From Polyangiaceae bacterium (GTDB lineage: Bacteria > Myxococcota_A > Polyangia > Polyangiales > Polyangiaceae), in the NCBI GenBank assembly GCA_044222475.1, contig JBGANF010000005.1, forward strand, positions 32,001-96,000: a stretch of 64,000 bases of DNA. Reading direction: 5' to 3'. Below the pieces are notes generated by a model that saw nothing but the letters and a program-made list of their open reading frames with translations, was not told where the DNA came from and did no database searches. How positions within the stretch are numbered: position 1 is the first letter of the stretch; the number at the start of each line of letters is the position of its first letter. Shown here one piece after another: positions 9,695 to 24,572 of the stretch. Both the position numbers and the translations under genes were made by a program.

Positions 9695-10698
9695 AGCTTC
9701 GCGCGCTCGTACTCCCCACCCTCGTCGCTTGCCTCGCCTGCCCGACCGTGGCGCTGGCGCAGGACGTCGCGACGGCGGAGGCCCTGTTCGAGCGCGCGCG
9801 ACAGCTCATGGCGCAGGGCAAGTATGCCGAAGCATGCCCGAAGCTCGCGGAGAGCCAGCGCCTCGACCCCGGCGTCGGCACGTTGCTCAACCTCGGTGAC
9901 TGCTACGACAAGAACGCCCAACCGACGCTCGCGTGGGCGACGTTTCGCGAGGCCGATGCCGTCGCGACGCACGAAGGCCAGCTCGAGCGCGCGAAGTACG
10001 CGCGCCGTCGCGCGAGTGAGCTCGAGAAGAAGCTCATCCGACTGACGATCGACGTTCCCGCCGAGGCTCGAGTGCCCGGCCTCGAGGTTCGGCGCGATGG
10101 CGAGCTGGTCCGCGAGCCCGTGTGGGGCACTGCGCTGCCGGTCGACCCCGGGACCCACGTGATCGAGGTGCGCGCGCCCGGCTACAAGACGACGCAGATG
10201 TCGATCGCGGTGACCACCGGATCGACGGTGACGATCCCCGAGCTCGAGAAGCTCCCCGACGAGGCACCGCCGGTCGTCACGCCGCCCCCGGTGGTGACGC
10301 CGCCGCCAGTCCCGCCCGAGGTGGTCGTGGTCGCGCCGCCGCCGCCAGCGGAGCCGCCGCCGAGCTCGGGGGCCGGCCAGCGCGTCGCCGGGATCGTCGT
10401 GACCTCCCTCGGGCTCGCCACCGTCGGAGTCGGGGCGATCTTCGGCGCGTTCGCGATGAGCCGCGCTTCGGCCGCGACGAACGGCGGCTGCGACAAGACG
10501 ACGTGCCCGACTCCCGAGAGTCTCCGCGATTCGAACGACGCGCTCGTGTTCGCCCGCGTGAGCACGTGGACGTTCGTCGTGGGCGCCGTCGCTGCCGCGG
10601 CCGGTCTCGTCGTCTTCTTCACCGCGCCGAAGTCGCCGAAGACCTCCGCGTGGATCGCCCCGGCCATCGGCGGCGTGTCGCTCGGGGGTTCGTTCTGA
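9691..10698 (+). CDS. TPR + PEGA domain protein
   Basis: AEALFERAR..ACPKLAESQRLDP..GTLLNLGDC TPR; VDPGTHVIEVRAPG PEGA; C-terminal hydrophobic segments ending in GGSF. Confidence 0.85.
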   Translation: MKLRALVLPTLVACLACPTVALAQDVATAEALFERARQLMAQGKYAEACPKLAESQRLDPGVGTLLNLGDCYDKNAQPTLAWATFREADAVATHEGQLERAKYARRRASELEKKLIRLTIDVPAEARVPGLEVRRDGELVREPVWGTALPVDPGTHVIEVRAPGYKTTQMSIAVTTGSTVTIPELEKLPDEAPPVVTPPPVVTPPPVPPEVVVVAPPPPAEPPPSSGAGQRVAGIVVTSLGLATVGVGAIFGAFAMSRASAATNGGCDKTTCPTPESLRDSNDALVFARVSTWTFVVGAVAAAAGLVVFFTAPKSPKTSAWIAPAIGGVSLGGSF

Positions 10699-11705
10699 TG
10701 CGCACGCGCCGCATCGCATGGGTCATCGCTTCGGTGCTCGGGGCGAGCGCGGTCGCGTGCAGCGCTCTGCTCGGGCTCGACGACCGGACCTTGCGCGCGA
10801 GCGACGCCGGGAGCGACGCAGTGCCCGACGGCCCGACCACCTGCGTCGACGCGGGGTTCTGTGCGTGCAACAAGCACGACTTCTGCGAGGACTTCGACTC
10901 GATCAAGAACGTCGCGGAGCTCAAGACGCGCTGGACGAACGAGATCGGCTTTCCGCCTTCCCCGGTCGCGATACCTCCGAGCCGAACCGATCTCGATCCG
11001 CTGACGGTCGTTCCGCCGTCGCCACCGAACGCGTTCCTCGCGCGGACCGAGGTCAAGTCCGGAACGGGCGGTCTCGCAGCGGCGTTCGTCCAGATCGATG
11101 GGACGAAGATCAAGACGCAGCTCATCCTCGGCGTGAAAGTGAGCTTCCTGCTGCGCATCGACGCGCTCGAGCCCAACGACGCAGGCGTGCAGATCAAGGA
11201 CTCCGGCATCCAGGAAGCCGTCGGTGTCGTGGAGCTGGTGAGCCCCACCGGGAGCAACGGGGTCGGGATGCTCCTCACCGAGAACGGTGGGTTCGTCGGG
11301 TACGCCCTGAACATCAACGACCTGCTGAAGACGAGCCTCGCCCAAGGGCTCCCGTTCTACGGCAGCAAGATCTCCCCTCCGGGATCGGTCTTCTTGCCGT
11401 TCACCGTCATCGTCGCACCTCGCAACTCGAAAGAGCTCATCGGCGCGACGTGCACCCAGGGCCCGATCGTCACGCTCGGAGACGCGGACCCCGACTCGGG
11501 TGCCGGCACGCAGCCGGACTCGCTCGTCGTCTACCTGATCCCGCCGCTGGGCCTCGGAAGCAAGGTCTGCCAGATCCTCGGCGGCGATCTCCTCGATCCG
11601 ACGTGGGTGCGGAACCCGGTCGTCGCGATCGGCAGCGTTCAAGCCGGCATGGGCGTCTTTCAGGCCGCGTTCGACAACGTGACGGTCGACTTCCTCACCG
11701 AGTGA
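10698..11705 (+). CDS. Lipoprotein, unknown function
   Basis: ATG overlaps the upstream TGA; lipobox AVA-C-SALLGLDD; FCEDFD motif common in myxobacterial lipoproteins. Confidence 0.7.
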   Translation: MRTRRIAWVIASVLGASAVACSALLGLDDRTLRASDAGSDAVPDGPTTCVDAGFCACNKHDFCEDFDSIKNVAELKTRWTNEIGFPPSPVAIPPSRTDLDPLTVVPPSPPNAFLARTEVKSGTGGLAAAFVQIDGTKIKTQLILGVKVSFLLRIDALEPNDAGVQIKDSGIQEAVGVVELVSPTGSNGVGMLLTENGGFVGYALNINDLLKTSLAQGLPFYGSKISPPGSVFLPFTVIVAPRNSKELIGATCTQGPIVTLGDADPDSGAGTQPDSLVVYLIPPLGLGSKVCQILGGDLLDPTWVRNPVVAIGSVQAGMGVFQAAFDNVTVDFLTE

Positions 11706-12552
11706 TCTCGAGCTCGATCTCCAGCGCGAAGTGATCGGAGGCGTGCGTCTCGGTCGCTCCCTCGTGCGAGGGTAGCAGTGCGTCGAGGGTACGAACGAAG
11801 CCGGTCACTCGAGCCCCGCCGCCTCGAGGCGGCCGGAAGAAGACGTAGTCGATGCGCTGCGGCGGGGCATCGCGATCGAAGCGGTGCGCGAGCAGGTTGT
11901 GGTGCGGGTGCGGGTGATACGTCGGCACGTCGGCCTCGGCGCCGACGTCCTCGAAGCCGGAGAGCTGGCCCGCGAGAACGGCGTACTCGTCCGCGCGGGC
12001 CGACCGCTGGCCGTCGACGTTGAAGTCGCCGGTGAGGACGATGGGGCGCTCGTCGCCGATCGTGCGGAGCAGGTTGCCGAGCTCGCGCGCATGCCTCTCG
12101 CGAACGCGCCGTGAGCCGGCGCTCGTGCCGGACTGAAAGTGGGTGGTCACGACGTCGACCTCGACGCCGTCGACGTCGACGCGGGCGTGGAGAACTCCCT
12201 TGCGAGCGAAGCGCTCGGCGCCGGAGTGAGGGCGCGAGAACGGGACGATCTGGCGCGAGACGATCGGATGACGCGACGCGACCCCGAGACCGGACCCGCC
12301 GATCGTGAGCGGCCACCACTCGGTGCGGTTGTCGTCCTTCGCCTTGTGCGGGTGCGGGAGACGCTCGAACAACGCTTCGGCGTCTCGAACCCACAGCTCT
12401 TGCAGGCATAGGACGTCGGCCCGATGGAGGGCCGCCGATACCTCGGGGTGGCGGAACCGATGGGGGTCGGGCGCGCCCTCGCGGAGGAGGAAAGCGCGCG
12501 CGCTCTGCGCTGCCCCGAAGCAATTCCACGAAGCGATTCGGACCGTCTTCAC
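11695..12552 (-). CDS. Endonuclease/exonuclease/phosphatase (sphingomyelinase-like) family protein
   Basis: SWN, DVLCLQE, TTH, GDFN, RIDYVF, SDH motifs. Confidence 0.85.
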   Translation of the reverse strand: MKTVRIASWNCFGAAQSARAFLLREGAPDPHRFRHPEVSAALHRADVLCLQELWVRDAEALFERLPHPHKAKDDNRTEWWPLTIGGSGLGVASRHPIVSRQIVPFSRPHSGAERFARKGVLHARVDVDGVEVDVVTTHFQSGTSAGSRRVRERHARELGNLLRTIGDERPIVLTGDFNVDGQRSARADEYAVLAGQLSGFEDVGAEADVPTYHPHPHHNLLAHRFDRDAPPQRIDYVFFRPPRGGGARVTGFVRTLDALLPSHEGATETHASDHFALEIELEITR

Positions 12553-12604
12553 CGCGAGCCGTGAACCTAGCACGCAGTCCCTCGGCCGCTGCTAGGATGC
12601 GCCC

Positions 12605-13471
12605 ATGAGGCGGCTGCTCATCACGTTCGCGATGGTCGCGGGTGCGGGGTGTGGTCTGAGCTCGGCGGGGACACTCCGCGAGCTCTCGGACTCCGGCACG
12701 CCCACGATCGACGCGACCGCAGACGACTCGGCCGCCGATGCCTCGATCGTCGACGACGGGTCGACCGTGCCGGACGTCCTCCCCGATGGTCCCTGCAACC
12801 CCGACCTCTGCGAAGGAAAGCGCTGCGTGAACGGCAAGTGCGACTACTTCGCGAGCTGCGACGAGATGCACAAGGCCACCGCGTATGGGACCGGCGACTA
12901 CGTTCTCAACGGCAAGAAGAAGTTCGACGCCCACTGCGAGATGGGGGTCGAAGGCGGCGGTTGGACGCTCGTGGGCGCTTCCGTCGTCGCGGGGAGCAGC
13001 AACTCGTTCGGCTGGAAGAAGACCACCGGGTCGCTCGGAAACGATTTGGCACCCTACTCGCTGGGGGTCGACTCGGTCGGCTTGCCGGTCAAGGAAGTGC
13101 TCCTCGGCGTGCGTGGGCTCGGGAAGTCTTTTCTCTTGGCCGGCGCGGTGTACCACCTCGTCGCTCCGGCGAACTTCATGAGTCTCGGCAACTCGGCGCA
13201 ACAAGTCACGGGATCGAACTACGTCGCCGGAGCGTGCATCACGACGTCGCTCCCGAAGATGCTCACCAACATGGGCCACGTCGATCAAGGAGCGATCTTC
13301 TTCTTCCGCGACTTCCCTTCGGCCACCTCGGGCACGTACGGCCTTCGCCCCGACGGCCTCGACCTCCTCTACTACTCGACCCTCTGCGCAGACAGCGGCG
13401 GGCTCGGGCCCATCCCCTCGATTCCTCCGGTGCCGGACATCCGCCAACAAGGCCTCCTCTTCGTGCGATAG
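12605..13471 (+). CDS. Lipoprotein with fibrinogen-like (xCxMxxxGGGW) domain
   Basis: Lipobox GAG-C; SCDE..GDY..AHCEMGVEGGGWTLV. Confidence 0.7.
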   Translation: MRRLLITFAMVAGAGCGLSSAGTLRELSDSGTPTIDATADDSAADASIVDDGSTVPDVLPDGPCNPDLCEGKRCVNGKCDYFASCDEMHKATAYGTGDYVLNGKKKFDAHCEMGVEGGGWTLVGASVVAGSSNSFGWKKTTGSLGNDLAPYSLGVDSVGLPVKEVLLGVRGLGKSFLLAGAVYHLVAPANFMSLGNSAQQVTGSNYVAGACITTSLPKMLTNMGHVDQGAIFFFRDFPSATSGTYGLRPDGLDLLYYSTLCADSGGLGPIPSIPPVPDIRQQGLLFVR

Positions 13472-13476
13472 CCACC

Positions 13477-14595
13477 ATGAGCAAAAGAAAACCGACGGCG
13501 TACTGGGACTACATCAAGGTCGAAGAGCTCCTCTCGCTCCAGAGCGGGATCGCGACTTCGGACGCGGCGTTGAGCAACGACGAGGTTCTCTTCATCACGA
13601 TTCATCAGATCGACGAGCTCTGGTTCAAGCTCATCCTCCGTGAGCTCGTCAGCGTGCGCGATCTGTTCGCGCGGCCCAAGGTGCCCGAGCAATCGCTCGC
13701 CTCGGCCGTTCGATCGATGCGCCGCATCGCCGACTTGCTCGGCCACGTCGCCCATCACTTCTCTCTGATGGAGACGATGACCACCCGCGACTACCTCGAC
13801 TTTCGAGACAAGCTGAGCCCGGCGAGCGGGTTCCAGTCCGCGCAGATGCGCGAGATCGAGATCCTCTTCGGCCTCGACGAAGGCACCCGCGTGCCGCTCG
13901 GAAACGAGGGGACGTACAAGCTCGCCCTGCGCAACGCCGATGGAACCCCGTCGAGCGCGTCGAAGCGCGTCGAAGCGCGTCTCTCCGACAAACCCACGCT
14001 GCTCGATGCCATCCGCGAGTGGTTGTATCGTACACCCATCCAGGGATCGCTCCCCACCGATCCGGGCGACGCCGCTGCGGTGCTGCGCTTCATCGAGAGC
14101 TACCTCGCGGCGCACGGCCGCGCGACGTCGAGCGCGCTCGAGCTCGCCAAGACCGACGCGCTCACCCCCGCCGACGAGACCCGCCTCGAGACGCGCTACG
14201 CCAAGGAAGCGACCGACGCTCGCGCGTTCCTCCTCGGCGAGGACGCTCCCGAGGCCGACCGAGCCAAGGTCTCGCGGGTGCGCGCGGCGCTCGTCTTCAT
14301 CGAGGCGTATCGGGAGCTGCCGCTCCTCGCCTGGCCGCGAGAGGTCGTCGACACGATCGTCGCCATGGAGCAAGCGTTCGTCATCTTCCGCCAGCGGCAT
14401 GCGCGCATGGTGGAGCGCATCATCGGCCGGCGCACCGGCACCGGCGGTTCGACCGGCGTCGACTACCTCGACCAGACGGCGCTGCGCTACCGCATCTTCC
14501 GCGACGTCTGGGCCGTTCGTACCATTTTGGTAAAGAAGAGCGAGCTCGTCCCCGTCGAGCTTCCCGAGCGCTATGGTTTTGCCGTCGAACCCTGA
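13477..14595 (+). CDS. kynA: Tryptophan 2,3-dioxygenase (long form)
   Basis: YWDYI..LLSLQ, DEVLFITIHQIDELWFK, PASGFQSAQMREIE, RH..MVERIIG..GTGGS.GVDYL. Confidence 0.9.
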   Translation: MSKRKPTAYWDYIKVEELLSLQSGIATSDAALSNDEVLFITIHQIDELWFKLILRELVSVRDLFARPKVPEQSLASAVRSMRRIADLLGHVAHHFSLMETMTTRDYLDFRDKLSPASGFQSAQMREIEILFGLDEGTRVPLGNEGTYKLALRNADGTPSSASKRVEARLSDKPTLLDAIREWLYRTPIQGSLPTDPGDAAAVLRFIESYLAAHGRATSSALELAKTDALTPADETRLETRYAKEATDARAFLLGEDAPEADRAKVSRVRAALVFIEAYRELPLLAWPREVVDTIVAMEQAFVIFRQRHARMVERIIGRRTGTGGSTGVDYLDQTALRYRIFRDVWAVRTILVKKSELVPVELPERYGFAVEP

Positions 14596-14607
14596 GCGAG
14601 GCGCGAC

Positions 14608-20622
<6,015 letters not shown>

Positions 20623-20627
20623 CTCTC

Positions 20628-20641
20628 ATGACGTCCGTCAT
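20628..20641. promoter_or_regulatory. CRP/FNR-type box 1 (ATGAC-GTCC-GTCAT), upstream of the fasciclin gene
   Basis: Palindromic arms CATGAC/GTCATG; centre about 54 bp before ATG 20689. Confidence 0.75.
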
Positions 20642-20688
20642 GGTGCGGAGCCCTCCCCGGTGGCCACATCCATCGCGGGAGAAAACCA

Positions 20689-21276
20689 ATGAAGAAGCTC
20701 GTCGCAGCGGCGGTAGGTTTGGCCCTCATCGTGGTCGTGGGATGCGAGGACAAGACGGCGCCGGCTGGTGCTGCCTCTGGAACCGCGAGCGCAAAGGCTG
20801 CGCAGGCGCAGACCGCGGAGCCCCAAGCGACCCAGCCCGCAACCCCCAAAGCGGACTCGGAGAAGACGGTCGTCGACGTGGCGGTCGGCTCGAAGGACCA
20901 CACGACGCTCGTGACCGCGCTCAAGGCGGCCGACCTCGTGGAATCCCTTGCGAGCCCAGGCGGTGTGTACACCGTCTTCGCGCCCACGAACGCGGCGTTC
21001 GACAAGCTGCCGAAAGGCACCGTCGACGATCTCCTGAAGCCCGAGCGCAAGACCGATCTCAAGAACATCCTCCAGCACCACGCGGCCGTGCCGATCCTCG
21101 AGACGAAGGACATGAAGGACGGCCAGACGATGGGGATGGCGGACGGAACCAAGGTCACCTTCCACGTGAAGGACGGCAAGGTGACGGTCGACGGCGCGAA
21201 CATCGTCGCCTCGATCAAGTGCATGAACGGGATCGTGCACGTCGTCGATGCGGTGATCCTGCCGCCGGCGAAGTAA
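20689..21276 (+). CDS. Fasciclin (FAS1) domain lipoprotein
   Basis: Lipobox VVG-C; TLVTALKAADLV, YTVFAPTNAAFDKLP, NGIVHVVDAVILP. Confidence 0.9.
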   Translation: MKKLVAAAVGLALIVVVGCEDKTAPAGAASGTASAKAAQAQTAEPQATQPATPKADSEKTVVDVAVGSKDHTTLVTALKAADLVESLASPGGVYTVFAPTNAAFDKLPKGTVDDLLKPERKTDLKNILQHHAAVPILETKDMKDGQTMGMADGTKVTFHVKDGKVTVDGANIVASIKCMNGIVHVVDAVILPPAK

Positions 21277-21305
21277 GCGGCCCGAACGCGCTGGTCGAGG
21301 TCACC

Positions 21306-21713
21306 ATGAACGACGCAAACGACGCGCTGGTGGGACTGTTCCTCACCCACGAAGATCTGGAGCCGGCGTTCGAGGATGCGCTCATGTACCTCGACCGCTG
21401 CGAAGCCGAGGGCGGCCGCGCCGACACCCTCGCCGAGCTGGAGCGATCCGCGACGGATCTCCGTCGCCGCGTGGAAGATCACTTCCGAGTCGAAGAGGCC
21501 GTCGTGTTTCCAGTGATGGCCAAAGCAGGAGCCCCGGAGCCTCTCCTCTCGTCCATGCTCGCCGCTCACGAAGAGATCCGGCGCATCGCCAAGCGGGCGC
21601 TCGCCGAGCGCCTCGACCTCGCGGCGCTGCGCGCCTTCGTCGTCGCCTTCGAACGACACGCGGAGTTCGAAGAGCGGGCCCTCGCGCACTTCTGGGCCAA
21701 AGCGAAGCGCTGA
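21306..21713 (+). CDS. Hemerythrin-domain protein
   Basis: H..HFRVEEAVVFP..HEEI..HAEFEE di-iron pattern. Confidence 0.75.
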   Translation: MNDANDALVGLFLTHEDLEPAFEDALMYLDRCEAEGGRADTLAELERSATDLRRRVEDHFRVEEAVVFPVMAKAGAPEPLLSSMLAAHEEIRRIAKRALAERLDLAALRAFVVAFERHAEFEERALAHFWAKAKR

Positions 21714-21748
21714 CGCGCAAATCCTGCATCGCCGAGGAGCGCGCGGAT

Positions 21749-21762
21749 GTGACGGATGTCAT
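21749..21762. promoter_or_regulatory. CRP/FNR-type box 2 (GTGAC-GGAT-GTCAT), nosZ promoter
   Basis: -10-like CAACGT at 21785-21790 places the box centre at -41.5. Confidence 0.75.
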
Positions 21763-21843
21763 GGCGGGCCACCGGCCCGAGGCGCAACGTCGCTGCCAGG
21801 AGACGGCGCCACGTCGGCGTCGCCCAGCGGAGCGGAGGACATC

Positions 21844-23835
21844 ATGGGTTCTTGGTGGAAACGAGGAGCGCTGGCGCTCATCGTAGTTGGCGCGGGAACC
21901 TTCGCGGCGGCGTCGTGCAGCAACAAGGCCGAGCAGCAGGCGAAGGAGCAGGCAGGCGGCAGCTCGAACCTCGGGGCTTCGGGCAGCGTGAAGGACCTCA
22001 TGGCCGCCCGTGGGCTCACGGAAGCCGACGTGGAAGCAGCCCTGAAGACGTACGTCCCGACCGGCAAGAAGGACGAGTACATGATCTTCGCGTCGGGAGG
22101 CCAGTCCGGGCAGGTCCTCGCGATCGGCGTCCCGTCGATGCGCCTCTTGAAGGTCATTGGCGTCTTCACGCCGGAGCCCTGGCAGGGCTACGGCTACGGC
22201 GGCGAGAGCGACAAGGTCATCGCTGCCGGAACGCAGGGACCTCACAAGATCACGTGGGCCGACGTTCACCACCCGAACCTCTCGGAGACGAAGGGTGACT
22301 ACGACGGCCAGTTCCTCTTCGTGAACGACAAGGCCAACGCACGGGTCGCGGTGGTCGATCTGTCCGACTTCATGACGAAGCAGATCGTCGCGAACACCCT
22401 CATCTCGAGCGATCACGGTGGCGCGTTCGTCACGCCGGACACCGACTACGTGATCGAGACGACGCAGTATCCGTCGCCCCTCGGGCGCGAGTACGTGTCG
22501 ATCGACCAGTACAAGGACAAATACCGCGGGCTCGCGATGTTCTGGAAATTCGATCGCGCCAAGAAGCGCATCGACGTCGACAAGAGCTGGGCGATCGAGC
22601 TCCCGCCGTACACCCAGGACCTCGCCGACGCCGGCAAGATCGGAAGTGACGGCTGGGCCTTCATCAACTCGTTCAACACGGAGATGGCGATCGGCGGCAC
22701 CCTCGAAGGAAAGCCGGCGATCGAGAGCGGGGCGTCCCAGAACGACATGGACTACCTCCACGTCATCAACTGGAGAAAGGCCGAAGAGCTCGTCAACGCC
22801 GGGAAGACCGTCTTGGTCAAGGGCGTCAAGGTCCTACCGCTCGCCGTCGCAGGCGCGGAGGGCGTGCTGACCCTCATCGGCGAGCCGAAGAGCCCGCACG
22901 GCTGCGACGTCACCCCCGATGGGACGGCGATCGTCGTCGGCGGCAAGCTCGACACCCACGCCACGGTCTACGAGTTCTCGAAGATCAAGGACATGATCGT
23001 TCAAAAGAAATACGAGGGGAAAGACGCTTACGGCGTTCCCATCCTTCCCTTCAAGGACTCGATCCGCGGTCAAGTCGAGCTCGGCCTCGGCCCGCTCCAC
23101 ACCGTCTTCGACGACAAGGGCAACGCGTACACCTCGCTGTTCCTCGAGAGCAAGGTCGTGAAGTGGAGCCTCCCCGAGATGAAGCAGCTCGAGAAGATCT
23201 CGGTTCACTACAACATCGGTCACATCATGGCGGCCGAGGGCGACACGGTCAGCCCGGACGGCAAGTACGTCGTCGCGATGAACAAGATGTCGATCGACCG
23301 CTACGCCAGCGTCGGGCCGCTCTATCCGCAGAGCTTCCAGCTCATCGACGTCACCGGTGAGAAGATGCGGCTCCTCTACGACATGCCCATCGGGATCGGC
23401 GAGCCGCACTACTCGCAGATGATCAAGATGGACAAGCTCCACCCGCTCAAGATGTACCCACCGGGTACGAACCCCTACACGGACGCGAAGGACCCCAACG
23501 CGGTCGAAGGCGGCAAGGAAAAGATCGTCCGCAACGGCAACGTGGTCGATGTGTGGATGACCGCCGTTCGGAGCCACTTCGTACCCGACCGGATCGAGGT
23601 CGATGAGGGTGACACCGTCAACATCCACCTCACGAGCCTCGAGCAGTCGGAAGACCAGACGCACGGCTTCACCGTGAACATGTACAACATCGACCTGAGC
23701 CTCGAGCCGGGTAAGCACGAGAACATCAGCTTCAAGGCTGACCTCCCGGGCGTCTATCCGTTCTACTGCACCGAGTTCTGCTCGGCGCTCCACCTCGAGA
23801 TGGTCGGTTACCTGCTCGTCAAACCGAAGAAGTGA
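21844..23835 (+). CDS. nosZ: Nitrous-oxide reductase, clade II (Sec-type/lipoprotein signal)
   Basis: CuZ His motifs DVHH, DHG, SPHG, GPLH, IGH, EPHY; CuA CTEFCSALHLEM; no twin-arginine motif; signal ends in AAAS-C. Confidence 0.97.
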   Translation: MGSWWKRGALALIVVGAGTFAAASCSNKAEQQAKEQAGGSSNLGASGSVKDLMAARGLTEADVEAALKTYVPTGKKDEYMIFASGGQSGQVLAIGVPSMRLLKVIGVFTPEPWQGYGYGGESDKVIAAGTQGPHKITWADVHHPNLSETKGDYDGQFLFVNDKANARVAVVDLSDFMTKQIVANTLISSDHGGAFVTPDTDYVIETTQYPSPLGREYVSIDQYKDKYRGLAMFWKFDRAKKRIDVDKSWAIELPPYTQDLADAGKIGSDGWAFINSFNTEMAIGGTLEGKPAIESGASQNDMDYLHVINWRKAEELVNAGKTVLVKGVKVLPLAVAGAEGVLTLIGEPKSPHGCDVTPDGTAIVVGGKLDTHATVYEFSKIKDMIVQKKYEGKDAYGVPILPFKDSIRGQVELGLGPLHTVFDDKGNAYTSLFLESKVVKWSLPEMKQLEKISVHYNIGHIMAAEGDTVSPDGKYVVAMNKMSIDRYASVGPLYPQSFQLIDVTGEKMRLLYDMPIGIGEPHYSQMIKMDKLHPLKMYPPGTNPYTDAKDPNAVEGGKEKIVRNGNVVDVWMTAVRSHFVPDRIEVDEGDTVNIHLTSLEQSEDQTHGFTVNMYNIDLSLEPGKHENISFKADLPGVYPFYCTEFCSALHLEMVGYLLVKPKK

Positions 23836-24572
23836 TCATGAGCACCCCCGACAGTGCGTCCGACAAGGGAGACGGCCACCGCCACTTGGCGGTGGTCGCC
23901 TCGGCGCCACCCGCAGCGCAGAAGCGAACTGCGCTGCGGTGGGGGGTGGTGGTGCTCGCTGCAGGCGCGATCGCTCTGTACGTCGCGTCGCTGTTTCTCC
24001 CGTGGTGGGATCTCACGCTCTACGCCCCGCAGTACCCCCACGGGCTCCACCTCACGATCTCGCTCACCGGCATGGGCGGCGACGTTCGCGAGATCAACAT
24101 GCTCAACCACTACATCGGCATGGGCAACCTCGACGAAGCGGCCAAGCACGAGCGCGAGCTCGCGGGATGGGGAGTCGGTCTGATCGGCGTCCTCATCCTC
24201 GGGATCGCGCTCATCGCCGGACGGAAGACCGGGAAGCTCCTCGTCGTCCCGGGGATCATGTTCCCCGTCGTCTTCCTCGCGGATGCCTACTACTGGATGT
24301 ACCACTTTGGGCACACGCTCGACCCGCACGCTCCGCTGCACGTCGCTCCGTTCACGCCTCAGCTCTTCGGCAACGGCGAGATCGGCCAGTTTCTGACCTT
24401 CGCCACGCCGTCGGCCGGGTTCTGGCTCGCGATCGGCGGCGTCGTGCTCCTCGGCGCGTCGACGCTGATGCGGCGCAAGGTGTGCAACGACTGCGCGGAC
24501 AAGGCCTCGTGTGGCGCGGTCTGTCCCCGTGGCCTCGTCGGGCCGCACCGCCCACACGCGGAGCCGTCGTGA
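23832..24572 (+). CDS. nosB: NosB-like membrane protein
   Basis: Directly after nosZ; PWW..LYAPQYP.GL, INMLNHYIGM, GHTLDPHAP motifs; about 4 TM helices (alternative start 23838). Confidence 0.8.
   Translation: MIMSTPDSASDKGDGHRHLAVVASAPPAAQKRTALRWGVVVLAAGAIALYVASLFLPWWDLTLYAPQYPHGLHLTISLTGMGGDVREINMLNHYIGMGNLDEAAKHERELAGWGVGLIGVLILGIALIAGRKTGKLLVVPGIMFPVVFLADAYYWMYHFGHTLDPHAPLHVAPFTPQLFGNGEIGQFLTFATPSAGFWLAIGGVVLLGASTLMRRKVCNDCADKASCGAVCPRGLVGPHRPHAEPS

Noticed and set aside
10268..10320. Short tandem repeat (PPVVT-PPPVVT-PPPV)
   Set aside because: Proline-rich coding linker, not a CRISPR array or a functional DNA repeat.
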